A stretch of 64,000 bases of DNA from a virus: positions 5,939 to 69,938 of IMG/VR virus record IMGVR_UViG_3300045988_182694, one strand, 5' to 3'. Below are positions 16,480 to 25,549 of this stretch, one piece after another. How positions within the stretch are numbered: position 1 is the stretch's first letter; every line of letters starts with the position of its first letter. Both the position numbers and the translations under genes were made by a program. The notes below the pieces were generated by a model. The model was not told the origin of the DNA and made no database searches. It saw only the letters and a list, made by a program, of their open reading frames with translations.

Positions 16480-18501
16480 TTAACGCACTTCAAACAGCTT
16501 CTCAATGTCGAAATCCTTGATGATGTACTCATCAGGATTTGCAACGACTGCATCATACTCTTCACGGCTTTGGAAGCTGTCAATGACTTTCTTTTCAGCG
16601 TTACTCAAAGCATCATACGGCTTGGTGCCGTAGTCAGCAGGCAGCCAGCCGCGCTTCATACCGACGAAAATGTTCAGCCGGTCGATGAGCAGTTTGGCGG
16701 AGTCCTTGAACTTCAACTTCAGAATGCCTTTCTTATAGAAAGAACCGGTAAAGAACGTGAATGCGATACTTTTACCGACGCTTTTCCCGTTTGTGACATT
16801 ATCGTTGACAGCAGTCATCGGGTCGATAGCGTTAGGTATATTCTTGCCACCGTTGAGAAGATGCAGAGCGCTTTCCATATCATGCACCACATATGCGGCT
16901 TTACCTTGATTGAAAGCATTTCTGTAACAGTCGAAGACGTAGGAATACATGGAGAGGTTCGGGAACACCAAACGGAACCCAGCGGTCTGTTTCTTGTCGA
17001 AAGAGCAATATTTCTGGGTGTTCTCACTTGATAGCGTGTCCGCATCGTAATCGTACACATCATACCATTGCCTACTTCCCATGCTCCCCAGCCTATCGAA
17101 CAGGTTCAGCAGGGAAGTGGTGCAACCCCTACGCAGCTTCCTGTGGATGTCCTCCAGTACCCGCTTCACCGTGTAGTCGTTGAGGTCATAGTCCTTCAGC
17201 TCCGTAAAAAGCCGCTCATAATCGGACTTCAGTCCATCAGGCATACAGTCGGTGTTCGCAACTCTGCTCATGAAAACGTTCCAAAAGTGTGCTCGAATCT
17301 TCTCCAAGCACGCCATTCGAAGTTCAACGCCGGAATCCCTCCAAGGATGGTCGTCCACGGCCAGTTTGACATAGGGCTGGTCGTAACACTCGGAGCCGCT
17401 CATTATAAAGGGCTTAACCTCTTCGTAGGAGCCAATGAAGGAATTGCAAATGCGAGCCTTGAGCTCAAACTCCTCAATGATGTCCTGCGGAAACTTCTTC
17501 CGCCAATCGGGAAGGAACGGCTTCTGAACCTCGTAGTCACGCAAAGTCGTAAGATTCTCGCTCAATACATCCGCTTCGTTCCGGCTATATGCGTTCGCCG
17601 GCTTGACGTTGACATGGATAATTACCCACTCAGGAGCCGTCCGTCTCGTTCTGTCACGCTTGAACTCCTTCTCCACATAGAACATAGAGGCATTGATTCT
17701 CTTCGTTTCCAGCATATAAGACAGCGAAGTGTCTGCAGCCAGTGTGGAGTAGGGAAGGATGGCGAGAAGCTGACCGCCACATTTTCGCAGCATGGTCAAA
17801 GATTTGCCAATCCACCGTGCAGCGAAAGCAGGGGAGACCGCCGATGTGTGGGCGAACATGATGAGGGGATAGGGTTTCAGTGTGTTGAACTTTGCAAAGT
17901 CGTCGTAGACGACACGAATGCCTTCTTCCTTCAGCGTTTCCGCCACACAAACATCTTCTACCACGGTATCCAAATACTTTTCACCGTAATATGCGCTTTC
18001 GTGCTGCCAGACCTTGTTTTTGTTTCTGTACCAGCCAGCAAAGCGACGGAAGCACTCGTGAAGCTGCAGCTCACTCATGTCCCCGCAAATGGGGTTCAGA
18101 ATGTCGCCATCGCGCACGGCAGACCAGTCCACCATGCGGAGTGCCTTACCGCAGACGTAAGAGGTGAGAGTTTCAGGTGCGGTGGCGTGCCGCTGCCTGA
18201 CCTTGGGCGCGGACTTCTCGTAAGTGCCCACGCCGTCGCGTTCGAACCAAGCTCTGAACTTCTCCTTTGCCCCTGCGATGGTAGAAGATTGGCTGCCATA
18301 GATGTACTCGCCGCGAGCCCAATAATCAGTGCCGCAATGGGCGAACCGATATGCCATATAGTTCTTGGCGTCATCGCGGAGGTTATTTTTGTCCTCAATG
18401 ATGTACCCCACATTCATACCCTTGTAGTAGATGTCCGTTACGGTATCTTTGTATCCGGAATTCTTTCCGGGGGCTAAAAAGGACAGATGAATTCTGCTCA
18501 T
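16480..18501 (-). CDS. Large protein (673 aa): methyltransferase-fold-like middle region and DUF4942-like C-terminus (tentative)
   Basis: Start at ATG 18501 behind the conserved GGGAGAAAGGAGAAAATA RBS. ...LIMFAHTS...LRKCGGQLLAILPYSTL resembles the motif IV/post-motif layout of N6-MTases, but NPPF is replaced. C-terminal ...FYKKGILKLKFKD...GWLP recalled as DUF4942-like. Confidence 0.35.
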   Translation of the reverse strand: MSRIHLSFLAPGKNSGYKDTVTDIYYKGMNVGYIIEDKNNLRDDAKNYMAYRFAHCGTDYWARGEYIYGSQSSTIAGAKEKFRAWFERDGVGTYEKSAPKVRQRHATAPETLTSYVCGKALRMVDWSAVRDGDILNPICGDMSELQLHECFRRFAGWYRNKNKVWQHESAYYGEKYLDTVVEDVCVAETLKEEGIRVVYDDFAKFNTLKPYPLIMFAHTSAVSPAFAARWIGKSLTMLRKCGGQLLAILPYSTLAADTSLSYMLETKRINASMFYVEKEFKRDRTRRTAPEWVIIHVNVKPANAYSRNEADVLSENLTTLRDYEVQKPFLPDWRKKFPQDIIEEFELKARICNSFIGSYEEVKPFIMSGSECYDQPYVKLAVDDHPWRDSGVELRMACLEKIRAHFWNVFMSRVANTDCMPDGLKSDYERLFTELKDYDLNDYTVKRVLEDIHRKLRRGCTTSLLNLFDRLGSMGSRQWYDVYDYDADTLSSENTQKYCSFDKKQTAGFRLVFPNLSMYSYVFDCYRNAFNQGKAAYVVHDMESALHLLNGGKNIPNAIDPMTAVNDNVTNGKSVGKSIAFTFFTGSFYKKGILKLKFKDSAKLLIDRLNIFVGMKRGWLPADYGTKPYDALSNAEKKVIDSFQSREEYDAVVANPDEYIIKDFDIEKLFEVR

Positions 18502-18554
18502 TATTTTCTCCTTTCTCCCAGCCTTAAAGGTCTTACGGGAAACAAAATGTATTC

Positions 18555-18788
18555 CTACTGATGAAGCGGGCTGATAGGACACTGGATGGAGATAATGACC
18601 GCCAATGCCAGCCCGCCGCCAAAGATGATGATGAGTGCAAGGTAGGCCAGCAAGCTGCCGGTACGTCCCTTGAACTTTTCGCCGATGAAAGTGACGTGAT
18701 GAAGGCCGAGCCACAACGAGCCGACCAGCAGGAACGCCACAAACAGCATCACACCAACACCTCTGACAGCGCCTAAGAATGTCTGCAT
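18555..18788 (-). CDS. Small membrane protein (77 aa, 2 predicted TM helices)
   Basis: Start refined to ATG 18788 (AAAGGAGAATACCC RBS); two hydrophobic stretches. Confidence 0.6.
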   Translation of the reverse strand: MQTFLGAVRGVGVMLFVAFLLVGSLWLGLHHVTFIGEKFKGRTGSLLAYLALIIIFGGGLALAVIISIQCPISPLHQ

Positions 18789-18802
18789 GGGTATTCTCCT
18801 TT

Positions 18803-19834
18803 CTATTGATTTTTGCGTTCCGCAGCAATCACGTCCAAAACGTTCCATAACCGCTGCTTGCTCACCTTACCGGACATCGGACCGTCCTCATCCACACAAC
18901 GCACCACGAAGGGGTAGGTATGGGCTTTCGGCTGGATGCCGATGATGATAAAGTCATGTCCGTCATACGAGTACATCTCACGGTAGGAAATGTCGATGCC
19001 AAAGCGTTCAAGTCGATGCTGGATATACTCTTTGTTGCGGTAGAATGCGGCTTCTTCGTCCTTGGCATTTTCCAAGGCCAGAGCATCCTTGTCTGTGCAT
19101 TGCAGCTCGTAGCAAATCTGCTCCATCTCCTCACGGGGAATGAGGATTTCCTTGCCAGTAGAGACTTCGCCGATTCGCTTTCCAACAACGTACTTCCACG
19201 GACGGTACTTGTAGACACCAACAAGTTCGTACTCATATCGTCCCTTCTTGAAGGTGATGCCGAAATCGTTCGGATTCAGCAAACGTTTTGGCGGAACGTC
19301 CCGTGGCAAAGTCGCACAGTGAGCGCAGTAGGCATCCCACTCGATTTTTTCGGTCGGAACTTGCGCTTCGTCATGGAATACTGTGCGGTAAAATCTGCAC
19401 TCAAACAGATTGATGAGAACATTTCGCCTGATTGTTTTGTCCTCCAACTCCGCATCGAAGAGTTGCGAATTCCGTTCCACAACGGTTGCCCTTACGCCGA
19501 ACTGTGCTGCCACACGCTGCACAGCAGGAAGCATATCCTGACGAATAATCTCGCGGGACACGTCTGAATCGTAATTCGTATCCATCACAATGCGGATACC
19601 AATACCGACGATGTAGCTGCCATTTTTCTGAATGTAGCCACAGTTATGGCGCTTGATGCCGAAGCGTTCTGCCCCGAAAGGGTCGTAGCCGCAGTTGGCG
19701 TTGCCTTTCAGTTCTTCCGCCACGGCATCCATCAGCTTGTCACGAATCTTTCTATCCATGCCGGTATCAAATGGTACGGCCAGACTAATATCGCTCCATC
19801 TTCCGGATGAGCCGTTGAGAGATTTCACATCCAT
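18803..19834 (-). CDS. Paralog family member 1 (343 aa), function unknown
   Basis: N-terminal MDxxxL..., C(G/K)xDPFGxxRxG motif, C-terminal AKDEEAxFYxNK...GIDIxYREM. First gene after module E. Confidence 0.75.
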   Translation of the reverse strand: MDVKSLNGSSGRWSDISLAVPFDTGMDRKIRDKLMDAVAEELKGNANCGYDPFGAERFGIKRHNCGYIQKNGSYIVGIGIRIVMDTNYDSDVSREIIRQDMLPAVQRVAAQFGVRATVVERNSQLFDAELEDKTIRRNVLINLFECRFYRTVFHDEAQVPTEKIEWDAYCAHCATLPRDVPPKRLLNPNDFGITFKKGRYEYELVGVYKYRPWKYVVGKRIGEVSTGKEILIPREEMEQICYELQCTDKDALALENAKDEEAAFYRNKEYIQHRLERFGIDISYREMYSYDGHDFIIIGIQPKAHTYPFVVRCVDEDGPMSGKVSKQRLWNVLDVIAAERKNQ

Positions 19835-19906
19835 GTTTTTCTCCTTTCTCCCTGCCTATTAAAAGGACTTATGGGCATATAAAATGTATAAAAATATATA
19901 AAAAAA

Positions 19907-20035
19907 GACAGCCACCCAAGATTGGGATAACTGTCTGAATTTACGTATGGTGACTTGAAAACGGAGATAAATCTCCTTTATAAAAATAGCTTCGTAATTA
20001 TAATTCTATACTACCACAGTTTGATATTTTGTCAA
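19907..20035 (-). promoter_or_regulatory. Promoter-leader-hairpin module, copy E
   Basis: -35 at 20030-20035; hairpin 19907-19935. Small palindrome variant GGAGATTTATCTCC. Confidence 0.65.
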
Positions 20036-20045
20036 TGATTTCAGG

Positions 20046-20075
20046 CAAAAGAAAAGCGCCCGTAGGGGCGCTTTT
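20046..20075 (-). terminator. Intrinsic terminator after CDS 20096-21184
   Basis: AAAAGCGCCC-CTAC-GGGCGCTTTT (minus sense). Confidence 0.75.
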
Positions 20076-20095
20076 CGGTCGTAAGGTCTCTCCTT

Positions 20096-21184
20096 TCAGG
20101 CGGGAAATCTGTGTGTGCTGATAATGCGGAGCAGCTCCCAGCCAAAGGTCTTTTTGTGAGCCTTCTCCTTCCCCTCATCGTCGCCAAGGCAAATAGCTGT
20201 GAAGACGTGCTTTCGTGCCTTGGGGTGGATGGCAGTAAGAACATAACTGCATCCGCAGAAGTCAAACATTTCACGGTAGACGATGTCGATGCCCTCCTCG
20301 TCGAGTCGGCGTTGGATGACCTGCTTGTTCTTGTAGAACATAGCTTCTTCCTCCTTGCCTGACTCAATATGCTGGTCAGCAGCCATGCTGTCCTCAATAT
20401 CACGTAGAATCTCTTCCACGCGGTTGAAAGGCCATTCAACAGTCTTGCCGGGTTCCCTGCCGTCCATCTGGCGGAGGGATACTCCGATGGGGAGGCTGTT
20501 TTTGTCGATGCCCTCGATACAGTAGGTCGTTTCAATATAAGAGAACAACCTGCCGTAATCGGAATACTTCAGTTTATAGACTGGCTGCATGATAGTTTTA
20601 TCCGCTTTGTGAAGCCTGAAGTGTTCCTCCCTCTGCCGGCAGAAGGCATCCCAGATGATTTTGGAATCAGGAATATCCTTGTCGGCATAGTAGGACGTCC
20701 GATAGAAGACAAAGGAAAACTTTGCAACATAGGTTTTCTCGACTCGCGGCAAAGAAACAGGCTTCTCATTTGAGTAGACGCTCTTCGACATACTGGCCCA
20801 GTCCGTCTGAATACGTGGTACAGTGCCCAGCACCTGTTTCGGTGCAAACACACGCGCACTGTGCTTCGCCGCAGCCTGCTTCGCAGCAGCCATAACATCA
20901 TCATACATATCCGTCCAGCAGAGCTTCATCCCCCGCTTATTATCTGCGAAGAGCATATTGTTGAGGCAGATTGCAAGCGATATATGGGTGATAGTCGCAG
21001 CTCCGCCGGAAACGTAGCAGATGTTGATGCGACGGTTGCCGCAGCGAACCTCACCAAAGGGGTCCTTACAGCAGTAATCCTTGTCTTTCAGCGCATCATA
21101 GACGTGGTTGCACAGTGTCGTGCAGAGGGATGAACCCTCTGCACGTCCTATGTCGGCTGCGGTGTCAATGGTTTTCAAATCCAT
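20096..21184 (-). CDS. Paralog family member 2 (362 aa)
   Basis: Same N- and C-terminal motifs as 18803-19834. Confidence 0.75.
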   Translation of the reverse strand: MDLKTIDTAADIGRAEGSSLCTTLCNHVYDALKDKDYCCKDPFGEVRCGNRRINICYVSGGAATITHISLAICLNNMLFADNKRGMKLCWTDMYDDVMAAAKQAAAKHSARVFAPKQVLGTVPRIQTDWASMSKSVYSNEKPVSLPRVEKTYVAKFSFVFYRTSYYADKDIPDSKIIWDAFCRQREEHFRLHKADKTIMQPVYKLKYSDYGRLFSYIETTYCIEGIDKNSLPIGVSLRQMDGREPGKTVEWPFNRVEEILRDIEDSMAADQHIESGKEEEAMFYKNKQVIQRRLDEEGIDIVYREMFDFCGCSYVLTAIHPKARKHVFTAICLGDDEGKEKAHKKTFGWELLRIISTHRFPA

Positions 21185-21205
21185 GGCGTTCTCCTTTCTT
21201 TGTTT

Positions 21206-22246
21206 TTAAGCTCCCTGCCCTCTGCGGTCGGCGATGATTCGCTCGATGACCTCCTTATACATGAACATAACCTTTTCACCGACAGCCTTTCCTTCTTCAA
21301 TATCCTCAATGCAAGTCGCAGTAAAGATGTAGAGGCTTTGTGCATTCGGCGTGATAGCAGTCAAGGCGTAGGTGCGTTTGCCGTATTGGAACATCTCACG
21401 ATACATGAGGTCCACACCATCACGAGCGAGGGCAGCTTTGATGCAGTCCTTGCCTTCGTAAAAATCAGCTTCCTCGTCCTTCGCAGCTTTCAGATTTCGT
21501 GCGGGGATATCGGCGTCATCATCCAAAAGAGGTCGCCGAAGATTTGCCAACGGAACCACGATGATACCTTCGTCTCCCGTACTTCCCGCAGGCTGCAGTC
21601 GCACGTCCAAATAACTGAACTCGTCCGCAAAGTCAACGATACGATACATGGCACCCTCATAGAGAAACTCACGCTCATAATCGGTTGCTTTTAACGGATA
21701 GAGAGGCATATGAGGAGGGCCGTTGGTGCGTCCTTTTTCATCCTCAATATCCTCTTGCAATCGCAGGCATCGGGCATCCCAGATGATTTTCGCATCAGTC
21801 ACGTTGGGGTTGTTGTGGTACGGCGTCCGGATGAACTCGATACCGAACACGGCAAACCGGAATCTCCGTCCAGCACTATTGCGCTTTGTCCCGAACGATG
21901 GCCTTTGTACGAAAATTCGCGCCTTATAAGTGTCCGCCACATACCACAAAGCCGCTTTAATATCATCGCGCATCTCACCAACGCATGACTCAACGTACTT
22001 GGGATTGTCTGCGTCTACGATAAGGTTGAGTGTGACTTCTGTGATATTAGCTTTTTCGTACGAAACCTTGCACGGACGGGGAAGGTCGGGGTCATTTCCG
22101 TAGCGTTCTTTTCCGAAGGGGTCTTTACAGCAATAGGCCTGTCCCTTCACATTGAACTCAACAACCTGCTTGATGAACTCACAGAGCCCATTCTTGTTGG
22201 TGATTGCTCCCGCACCAACGGTAGTATCGAGTGTGTGCAGGTTCAT
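21206..22246 (-). CDS. Paralog family member 3 (346 aa)
   Basis: Same family motifs. Its ATG overlaps the IscB stop (ATGA). Confidence 0.75.
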   Translation of the reverse strand: MNLHTLDTTVGAGAITNKNGLCEFIKQVVEFNVKGQAYCCKDPFGKERYGNDPDLPRPCKVSYEKANITEVTLNLIVDADNPKYVESCVGEMRDDIKAALWYVADTYKARIFVQRPSFGTKRNSAGRRFRFAVFGIEFIRTPYHNNPNVTDAKIIWDARCLRLQEDIEDEKGRTNGPPHMPLYPLKATDYEREFLYEGAMYRIVDFADEFSYLDVRLQPAGSTGDEGIIVVPLANLRRPLLDDDADIPARNLKAAKDEEADFYEGKDCIKAALARDGVDLMYREMFQYGKRTYALTAITPNAQSLYIFTATCIEDIEEGKAVGEKVMFMYKEVIERIIADRRGQGA

Positions 22247-23520
22247 GTTGTTTCTCCTCTCCTTTCAATTAAGTAACTTGTAGATGACTCAACAATCGTT
22301 AGTGCCGTGTAAGGAGCACCTGTATGAACTTTCTTACCATCGAAATTCTTCAATGCAAAATATCCTCTTACTCTTCTCCCTGTGATAAAGCACTCTTGTC
22401 CGTTGAACAGGACTTTATCCCAGAGCCGGAAACCAAACACCTCATAGGGAGCTTGATTCCGTTTACGGATACCACCCTTAATGGGATTGACCTTATGCAA
22501 CTGCCGGTTATGATGCCGAACGGCTCGGATACGATAGAGCGTATCGCTGGGCTGTGCGTCCGGCACACGAGCGATGCAACGGGCATCGTTCACATGGGAT
22601 TTCTGGATGGCGTGAGTCTCGCGCAACAGCTTTGTGATATAGCCGTAAGTCTCCTTCACAGGAATACTGAGCTCATTGCGAAGCCTCCGCATCAGAGTTT
22701 TACGCATGATACCCATGAATGCCGCATCGCGGAAACTCTTACCCCGTTTCCTCTTACCCTCCTCCAGAGTAACAACTCCTGCGTGTAAGAGCCTATGGCA
22801 CTTCTCACAGAGGGTGATAAGGTTATTGGGGGCATTGCCTCCGACATGGCGGCTTTCCTTGTGGTGGACTGCAAACTTCACTGGAGCCTTATCTGTGGAC
22901 TGGATTCCGCAGCACTGGCAGGTGTAGGTATCCCTCTTGAGAACGTACTGGCGAACGTTATATTCGTCGTACATCTCTCCGAGCTGATAATCCGTACCGA
23001 CCGGTAGGGGCTTACCCTCCAGCATAGCCTTGAGCCGCTGCACATCAAACTCCGCTGTCTCCACGATGACCACGGAGATAGGGAGGATGGCACACGTTCT
23101 CTTGATGGCTGTGATATGCTCTTGGATTTTTACCTCTACCGAAGGTGCCAGCCAACCCTTATGTTTACTGTGGACGCGGTTGTTAAACCGTACAGCACGG
23201 TAACGAGTCTTGCGGTTCCTCCGGCTGCGGCGCAGCTCCCGCCTCGTAGAGAGCAACTCAACCACATCGTTGCGAGGCTTTACCTCCGCAGCGAAGAGTT
23301 CCTTGCTCTCGGTACAAGCGGACAATCCGATGAACTTGCTTCCGGCATCTACGCCCAGCGTGATATCCTGTTTATATTCGCTGCTGCGGTGCAGCAGGCG
23401 AATGGTAAACGGGGTACGCCGGACCACTGTTGCCTTGTGGTCTCTCAACATGATGCGAGCCTTCCGTGGGGAGCACGGCATCAAAGGCTCGCCGTGCTGG
23501 TTGAGTACATACACATACAT
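22243..23520 (-). CDS. iscB: IscB RNA-guided nuclease (OMEGA family), 425 aa, catalytic motifs intact
   Basis: PLMP domain GEPLMPCSPRKARIMLR; RuvC-I LGVDAGSKFIG; Arg-rich bridge RRELRRSRRNRKTRYRAVRFNNR; RuvC-II VIVETAEFD; HNH CQCCG...HHKESRHVGGN...LCEKCHRLLH; RuvC-III KSHVNDARCIA. Start refined to ATG 23520 (AAAGGAGACGACATCA RBS). Confidence 0.85.
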   Translation of the reverse strand: MYVYVLNQHGEPLMPCSPRKARIMLRDHKATVVRRTPFTIRLLHRSSEYKQDITLGVDAGSKFIGLSACTESKELFAAEVKPRNDVVELLSTRRELRRSRRNRKTRYRAVRFNNRVHSKHKGWLAPSVEVKIQEHITAIKRTCAILPISVVIVETAEFDVQRLKAMLEGKPLPVGTDYQLGEMYDEYNVRQYVLKRDTYTCQCCGIQSTDKAPVKFAVHHKESRHVGGNAPNNLITLCEKCHRLLHAGVVTLEEGKRKRGKSFRDAAFMGIMRKTLMRRLRNELSIPVKETYGYITKLLRETHAIQKSHVNDARCIARVPDAQPSDTLYRIRAVRHHNRQLHKVNPIKGGIRKRNQAPYEVFGFRLWDKVLFNGQECFITGRRVRGYFALKNFDGKKVHTGAPYTALTIVESSTSYLIERRGETT

Positions 23521-23810
23521 TGATGTCGTCTCCTTTCTTGTCGTTGTGACAGTTAAACTTAGACAAAACTGTCCTCTCTGTAGAGAGTGAGAATCCTTCC
23601 CCAAGGTTTTTCCGAGGTTTCCATGTATGCAGCACTGTTCCTTACCCTCAGAACTGTTTAACCACATACCGCAGAGCGTGGGATTAGGATTTACGTCCCA
23701 CGGTGCCTATACATTCTCGGATAACGTAGTGCTCGAAGCACTTAGGGTAGTCAATCAGGGCTTGCAGCTATTCACCACAAGCCCGTGGTTTTAACCACGG
23801 GTTATTGACA
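23521..23810 (-). ncRNA. Candidate omega-RNA of IscB-1
   Basis: About 290 nt, ORF-free, hairpin-rich (for example ACCCGTGG-TTAAAA-CCACGGGC and GACAGTT...AACTGTC), directly upstream of iscB on the same strand. 5' boundary uncertain. Confidence 0.55.
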
Positions 23811-23816
23811 CTGTTT

Positions 23817-23996
23817 TCACCCATTCCAATGATGCGATACAGAATCAGCACCGTAGCGTTTCTTACCGAACGGGTCTCGTCCGCAATAGGTCTCGTTCCG
23901 AAGGGTATATTCAAGCCGGCTTCTGATGTCCGTCTCCAGCAAATCGGTGTCAATTTGCTCGGCACCGTATGCGGTATCCAAAGCATCTAAATCCAT
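23817..23996 (-). pseudogene. Truncated paralog family member (N-terminal fragment only)
   Basis: MDLDALDT...CGRDPFGKKRYGA matches the family N-terminus, then diverges into the omega-RNA region and stops. RBS retained. Confidence 0.65.
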
Positions 23997-24107
23997 GGTA
24001 TTCTCCTTTCTTTTGCCTTCGGGCAGCTCAGGCGGCGACGCACGCTGCACCGCTGCCCGAACCGCGCAGAGCAGGGGAGAGGCGAACCTCTCCCGTGCCT
24101 GCCTGAG

Positions 24108-25292
24108 TCAATCAGAATTTCTGCATTCCGCCATGCGCTCGATGAGGTCCCACCCGAAAAGAACACGGTGTCCATATTCGGGGGAGTCTGCATCACAGCA
24201 GACAGCACCAAAGATGTTTGTCCGTGCATCCGGAAAGATTTCGGTAAGCACAAAACTCGTACCGAGCGTATCGAAAATCTCTCTGTAGGTTACATCGAGC
24301 TCTTTCCACGCTTCAAGCATTTCAGCCCAAGACGACATACTCGTCTGCCGTGAGTGGGCCATGCGTTTTGTGAGACTTATTTTGTTCTTGTAAAACAACG
24401 CCTCCTCATCTTTAGCCTTCAGCACGGACAACGCAGTTTTGTCCTCGAAGTCATCCTCGTAAAGTGCAAGTTCAATGTCCTTAGCCCTCACATCTACCTT
24501 TTTGCCAGCGTTTTTCCCCTTGACGTATTCGAGTACGACGGAGGAATTGGGCTTCTCATGGTTGATGCTGAGAATACGGACAATGGGGCTGCGAGGTTTC
24601 CCCGGCTTGAGGGGGAATTCACGACCGAAGTCCGCTGCACACAGCTCGTGCTTCGGAAGCGACTCTTTGCTTACTCTCCGGTCAACCATTGCCTTTCGAC
24701 AGTAGGCATCCCAAAAGATTTTCTCGTCTGGAATCTCCGGATTGTCGAAATACGTCGAGTGGGCGAAGGTGAAATCAAAGTGAAAGAGGGGAAATGCAGC
24801 TCCATTAAGGGAGAACCGTCGTTTCTCTATGCCTTTCACAAAGCAACGTGCTGACCACTGTTCAGCGGCTACCTTTACGGCCCGTTCCAACTTTTCCTGC
24901 AGTTCGTCTATAAACGTCGGCTGCGGGGCCCCCATCTGTGATAGCTTTTCGAGAAGCAGTGATAGCTTTTCGAGAAGCAAGATGTTCACAGAATAGTGTG
25001 TGAGATAGAAGCATTCATCGTCATCGGAGACTTTGATGTCTGCCAGCGCATCAGGAAAATCACTTCCGTAGGATACATAAGTCTCTGTTGTCCGGCAGAA
25101 TGTAGTTGGGTCAATACCCAAACGCTTCACTCCAAAGGGGTCTCCCTCACAGTCAGGTTCATTGCTGAACGCCTTTTGGACGACATCAATGATTGTGTCA
25201 CGGATATTCTCCATGATGATAGCATTGGCGTGATACTTTTCGTGCTTGAGGATAGGTCTTGGAACCATCGTGTCAATGGCACGCAAATCCAT
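24108..25292 (-). CDS. Paralog family member 5 (394 aa)
   Basis: Family motifs; contains a 21-bp tandem duplication (24939-24980). First gene after module F. Confidence 0.75.
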   Translation of the reverse strand: MDLRAIDTMVPRPILKHEKYHANAIIMENIRDTIIDVVQKAFSNEPDCEGDPFGVKRLGIDPTTFCRTTETYVSYGSDFPDALADIKVSDDDECFYLTHYSVNILLLEKLSLLLEKLSQMGAPQPTFIDELQEKLERAVKVAAEQWSARCFVKGIEKRRFSLNGAAFPLFHFDFTFAHSTYFDNPEIPDEKIFWDAYCRKAMVDRRVSKESLPKHELCAADFGREFPLKPGKPRSPIVRILSINHEKPNSSVVLEYVKGKNAGKKVDVRAKDIELALYEDDFEDKTALSVLKAKDEEALFYKNKISLTKRMAHSRQTSMSSWAEMLEAWKELDVTYREIFDTLGTSFVLTEIFPDARTNIFGAVCCDADSPEYGHRVLFGWDLIERMAECRNSD

Positions 25293-25365
25293 GTTTTTCT
25301 CCTTTCTCCCCGCCTACAAAGAGGACTTATGGGAATCCCAAATGTATGATAATATATAAAAAAAA

Positions 25366-25492
25366 GACAGCCATCCCAAGATTGGGATAACTGTCTGAAT
25401 TTATGTGGTGACTTGAAAACGGAGATAATCTCCTTTATAAAAATAGCTTCGTAATTATACTTCTATACTACCACAAACAGATACTTTGTCAA
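25366..25492 (-). promoter_or_regulatory. Promoter-leader-hairpin module, copy F (slightly diverged promoter half)
   Basis: -35 at 25487-25492; hairpin 25366-25395. Confidence 0.6.
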
Positions 25493-25505
25493 TGAATTTA
25501 AGGCG

Positions 25506-25535
25506 AAAAAAAGAAGCTCCCGAAGGAGCTTCTTT
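25506..25535 (-). terminator. Intrinsic terminator after CDS 25550-26071
   Basis: GAAGCTCC-TTCG-GGAGCTTC flanked by A/T runs. Confidence 0.75.
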
Positions 25536-25549
25536 CAAAATTGTTGTAA

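Larger units (their letters stand above)
22243..23830 (-). mobile_element. IscB-only IS200/IS605-like element (no tnpA seen), inserted in the paralog cluster
   Basis: IscB plus upstream structured RNA region replace the body of a paralog whose N-terminal 45-50 codons remain at 23817-23996. Ends approximate. Confidence 0.5.
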
